DNA of 35,018 nucleotides from Macrostomum lignano (Eukaryota): NCBI GenBank assembly GCA_002269645.1, contig NIVC01004788.1, positions 1 to 35,018 of the forward strand, read 5' to 3'. Shown piece by piece: positions 32,387 to 35,018 of this stretch (position 1 is its first letter; each line of letters starts with the position of its first letter). The notes under the pieces were generated by a model. It saw only the letters and a program-made list of their open reading frames with translations, ran no database searches and was not told where the DNA came from. The position numbers and the translations under genes were made by a program.

Positions 32387-32692
32387 TCAGTCATTACTCG
32401 CACATTTCCAATAGCCAGGTATCCCGGAGCAGCGCTTTGAGCAGCAGTAAGGGGCTAAGCTATCCTTACAGCGCCTGCCTTTCTTGAGGCATTCCAGTCT
32501 GCACGCGGTTGAGCAGTCTGCATGGGCGTTTTGCATGCGATTGGTTATTAGCCGCAGGCAAGCCAAGGATATGCTAAATAAACCTAATTCGGGGCGAAAC
32601 TCACCGAGAACCGCGAGCAGGGCAAGCAGAACCAGCCACAGAATATACTGTATATTCTGTGGAACCAGCAGCACGAGTAGTTGGGTCTTCAT
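32387..32692 (-). CDS. Secreted inhibitor-cystine-knot (knottin)-like peptide; probable 87-nt intron at 32518-32604
   Basis: Hydrophobic N-terminus; G|GTGAGT donor, CTAAT branch-like motif, CAG acceptor; C-x6-C-x7-CC-x3-C-x7-C. Confidence 0.62.
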   Translation of the reverse strand: MKTQLLVLLVPQNIQYILWLVLLALLAVLGEFRPELGLFSISLACLRLITNRMQNAHADCSTACRLECLKKGRRCKDSLAPYCCSKRCSGIPGYWKCASND

Positions 32693-33280
32693 TTAGACTT
32701 TTATAGCTTCCAAAAGTTTACTTGGGGTCAACGCCTGTTTGCAGCAGCCTCTCTTAGGAGCGCAGAAGTGCAGAGTGAATCTTTTGATGTCTATGGCAAA
32801 AACCCACAGGGTTGCGCTGTACCGTGACCTTTGCCCGGTGAGCTGACAGCCGCGCCCCGTTAGTGCCATAGACGCATTAGGCGCCATCTACTGGTCAGTT
32901 GTGCGCCCTCCTTGACTTGGTCGGAGGGCACTGAATGATTTCTCCTTGCCCTCGAGGTCGAGAAGACTTTCCCGTCTTCATGGTCTAATTACTACAGTTC
33001 AAAACTGCTGTCAGTAAACAAGCTCAAAAAGTTTTTAAGCTTCATCAGGCCAGCAAGATAATGAGCTGCTCAAGACTCCTACTAATTGCGTCTATAATTT
33101 TCTGTCTGCCTCCACCAACTTCCACTCATCTTTTTTCCTTAGACTCAGCCTGCCCCTGCCGGTTGTTTGAGTTGGAGGGTGCTCAGCAACTGGGATGGCC
33201 AAGGAGGCTTTGAACTGGGATCTGGAGTGCCAAATCCTCATTCTTCAGACAATGCATTGTTAATTAGTTGTTTTGAATGA

Positions 33281-34978
33281 ATATTGTGAATTAGACATTG
33301 TGAATTATACATTGTGAATTATACACTGTGAATTAGACATTGTGAATGATATATTGTGAATTAGACATTGTGAATTCGACATTGTGAATTAGACATTGTG
33401 AATGATATATTGTGAATTAGACATTGTGAATGATATATTGTGAATTAGACATTGTGAATTAGAAATTGTGAATTAGACATTGTGAATTCGACATTGTGAA
33501 TTAGATACTGTGAATTAGACATTTTGAATTAGATATTGTGAATTGGACATTGTTGATTAGACATTGTGAATTAGATATTGTGAATGAGATATTGTGAATT
33601 ATATATTGTGAATTAGACATTGTGAGTTAGACATTGTTGATTAGACATTGTGAATTAGACATTGTGAATTAGACATTGTGAATTAGAAATTGTGAATTAG
33701 ACATTGTGAATTCGACATTGTGAATTAGATACTGTGAATTAGACATTGTGAATTAAACATTGTGAATTAGACATTGTGAATGATATATTGTGAATTAGAC
33801 ATTGTGAATTAGACATTGTGAATTAGACATTGTGAATTAGAAATTGTGAATTAGACATTGTGAATTCGACATTGTGAATTAGATACTGTGAATTAGACAT
33901 TTTGAATTAGATATTGTGAATGAGATATTGTGAATTATATATTGTGAATTAGACATTGTGAGTTAGACATTGTTGATTAGACATTGTGAATTAGACATTG
34001 TGAATTAGACATTGTGAATTAGACATTGTGAATTAGAAATTGTGAATTAGACATTGTGAATTAGACATTGTGAATTAGATACTGTGAATTAGACATTGTG
34101 AATTAAACATTGTGAATTAGACATTGTGAATGATATATTGTGAATTAGACATTGTGAATTAGACATTGTGAATTAGACATTGTGAATTAGAAATTGTGAA
34201 TTAGACATTGTGAATTCGACATTGTGAATTAGATACTGTGAATTAGACATTGTGAATTAGATATTGTGAATGAGATATTGTGAATTATATATTGTGAATT
34301 AGACATTGTGAGTTATTAGACATTGTTGATTAGACATTGTGAATTAGACATTGTGAATTAGACATTGTGAATTAGAAATTGTGAATTAGACATTGTGAAT
34401 TCGACATTGTGATATCGACATTGTGAATTAGACATTGTGAATTAGAAATTGTGAATTAGACATTGTGAATTCGACATTGTGAATTAGATACTGTGAATTA
34501 GACATTTTGAATTAGATATTGTGAATGAGATATTGTGAATTATATATTGTGAATTAGACATTGTGAGTTAGACATTGTTGATTAGACATTGTGAATTAGA
34601 CATTGTGAATTAGACATTGTGAATTAGAAATTGTGAATTAGACATTGTGAATTCGACATTGTGAATTAGATACTGTGAATTAGACATTGTGAATTAGATA
34701 TTGTGAATGAGATATTGTGAATTATATATTGTGAATTAGACATTGTGAGTTATTAGACATTGTTGATTAGACATTGTGAATTAGACATTGTGAATTAGAT
34801 ATATGTGAATTAGAAATTGTGAATTAGACATTGTGAATTCGACATTGTGAATTCGACATTGTGAATTAGACATTGTGAATTGGACATTGTGAATTAGACA
34901 TTGTGAATTAGACATTTTGAATTAGACATTTGAATTAGACATTGTGAATTCGACATTGTGAATGAGATATTGTGAATT
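33281..34978. repeat. Satellite, 14-bp unit (ttgtgaattagaca), ~120 copies, with higher-order structure
   Basis: Direct reading; variant monomers recur in blocks. Confidence 0.97.
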
Positions 34979-35018
34979 GCATTAGACCCTGTGAACAACC
35001 GGCCTGTTCTGAAATCTG

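Overview
Eukaryotic (probably animal) genomic DNA. Bases 389-18643 are a complete ~18.25 kb Polinton/Maverick (endogenous virus-like element). It has ~560 bp terminal inverted repeats starting AGTAGT and a 6-bp TATAAA target-site duplication. It encodes protein-primed-type PolB, an AEP primase/SF3 helicase, a retroviral-type integrase with an in-frame N-terminal PLA2-like domain, an adenain-like protease, a packaging ATPase, major and minor capsid proteins, a discoidin-domain fibre-like protein, a RING protein and a PD-(D/E)xK restriction-endonuclease-like gene. The top observation is that this nuclease resembles the Eco47II/Sau96I family (site GGNCC), I see no methyltransferase in the element, and my manual scan found zero GGNCC sites in the 18 kb element versus three in 3.8 kb of adjacent AT-rich host DNA. 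That suggests protection by site avoidance. Each element end also carries a nested 100-bp hairpin. Downstream lie AT-rich host DNA with a degenerate MITE, an RTE-like non-LTR retrotransposon on the minus strand with an HDV-like ribozyme at its 5' end, an intronless class A GPCR-like gene, three tandem-repeat arrays and a small spliced knottin-like gene. Many ORFs are broken by single-base indels, often in homopolymers, which may be assembly errors. All family assignments come from motif recognition by eye; no database searches were run.
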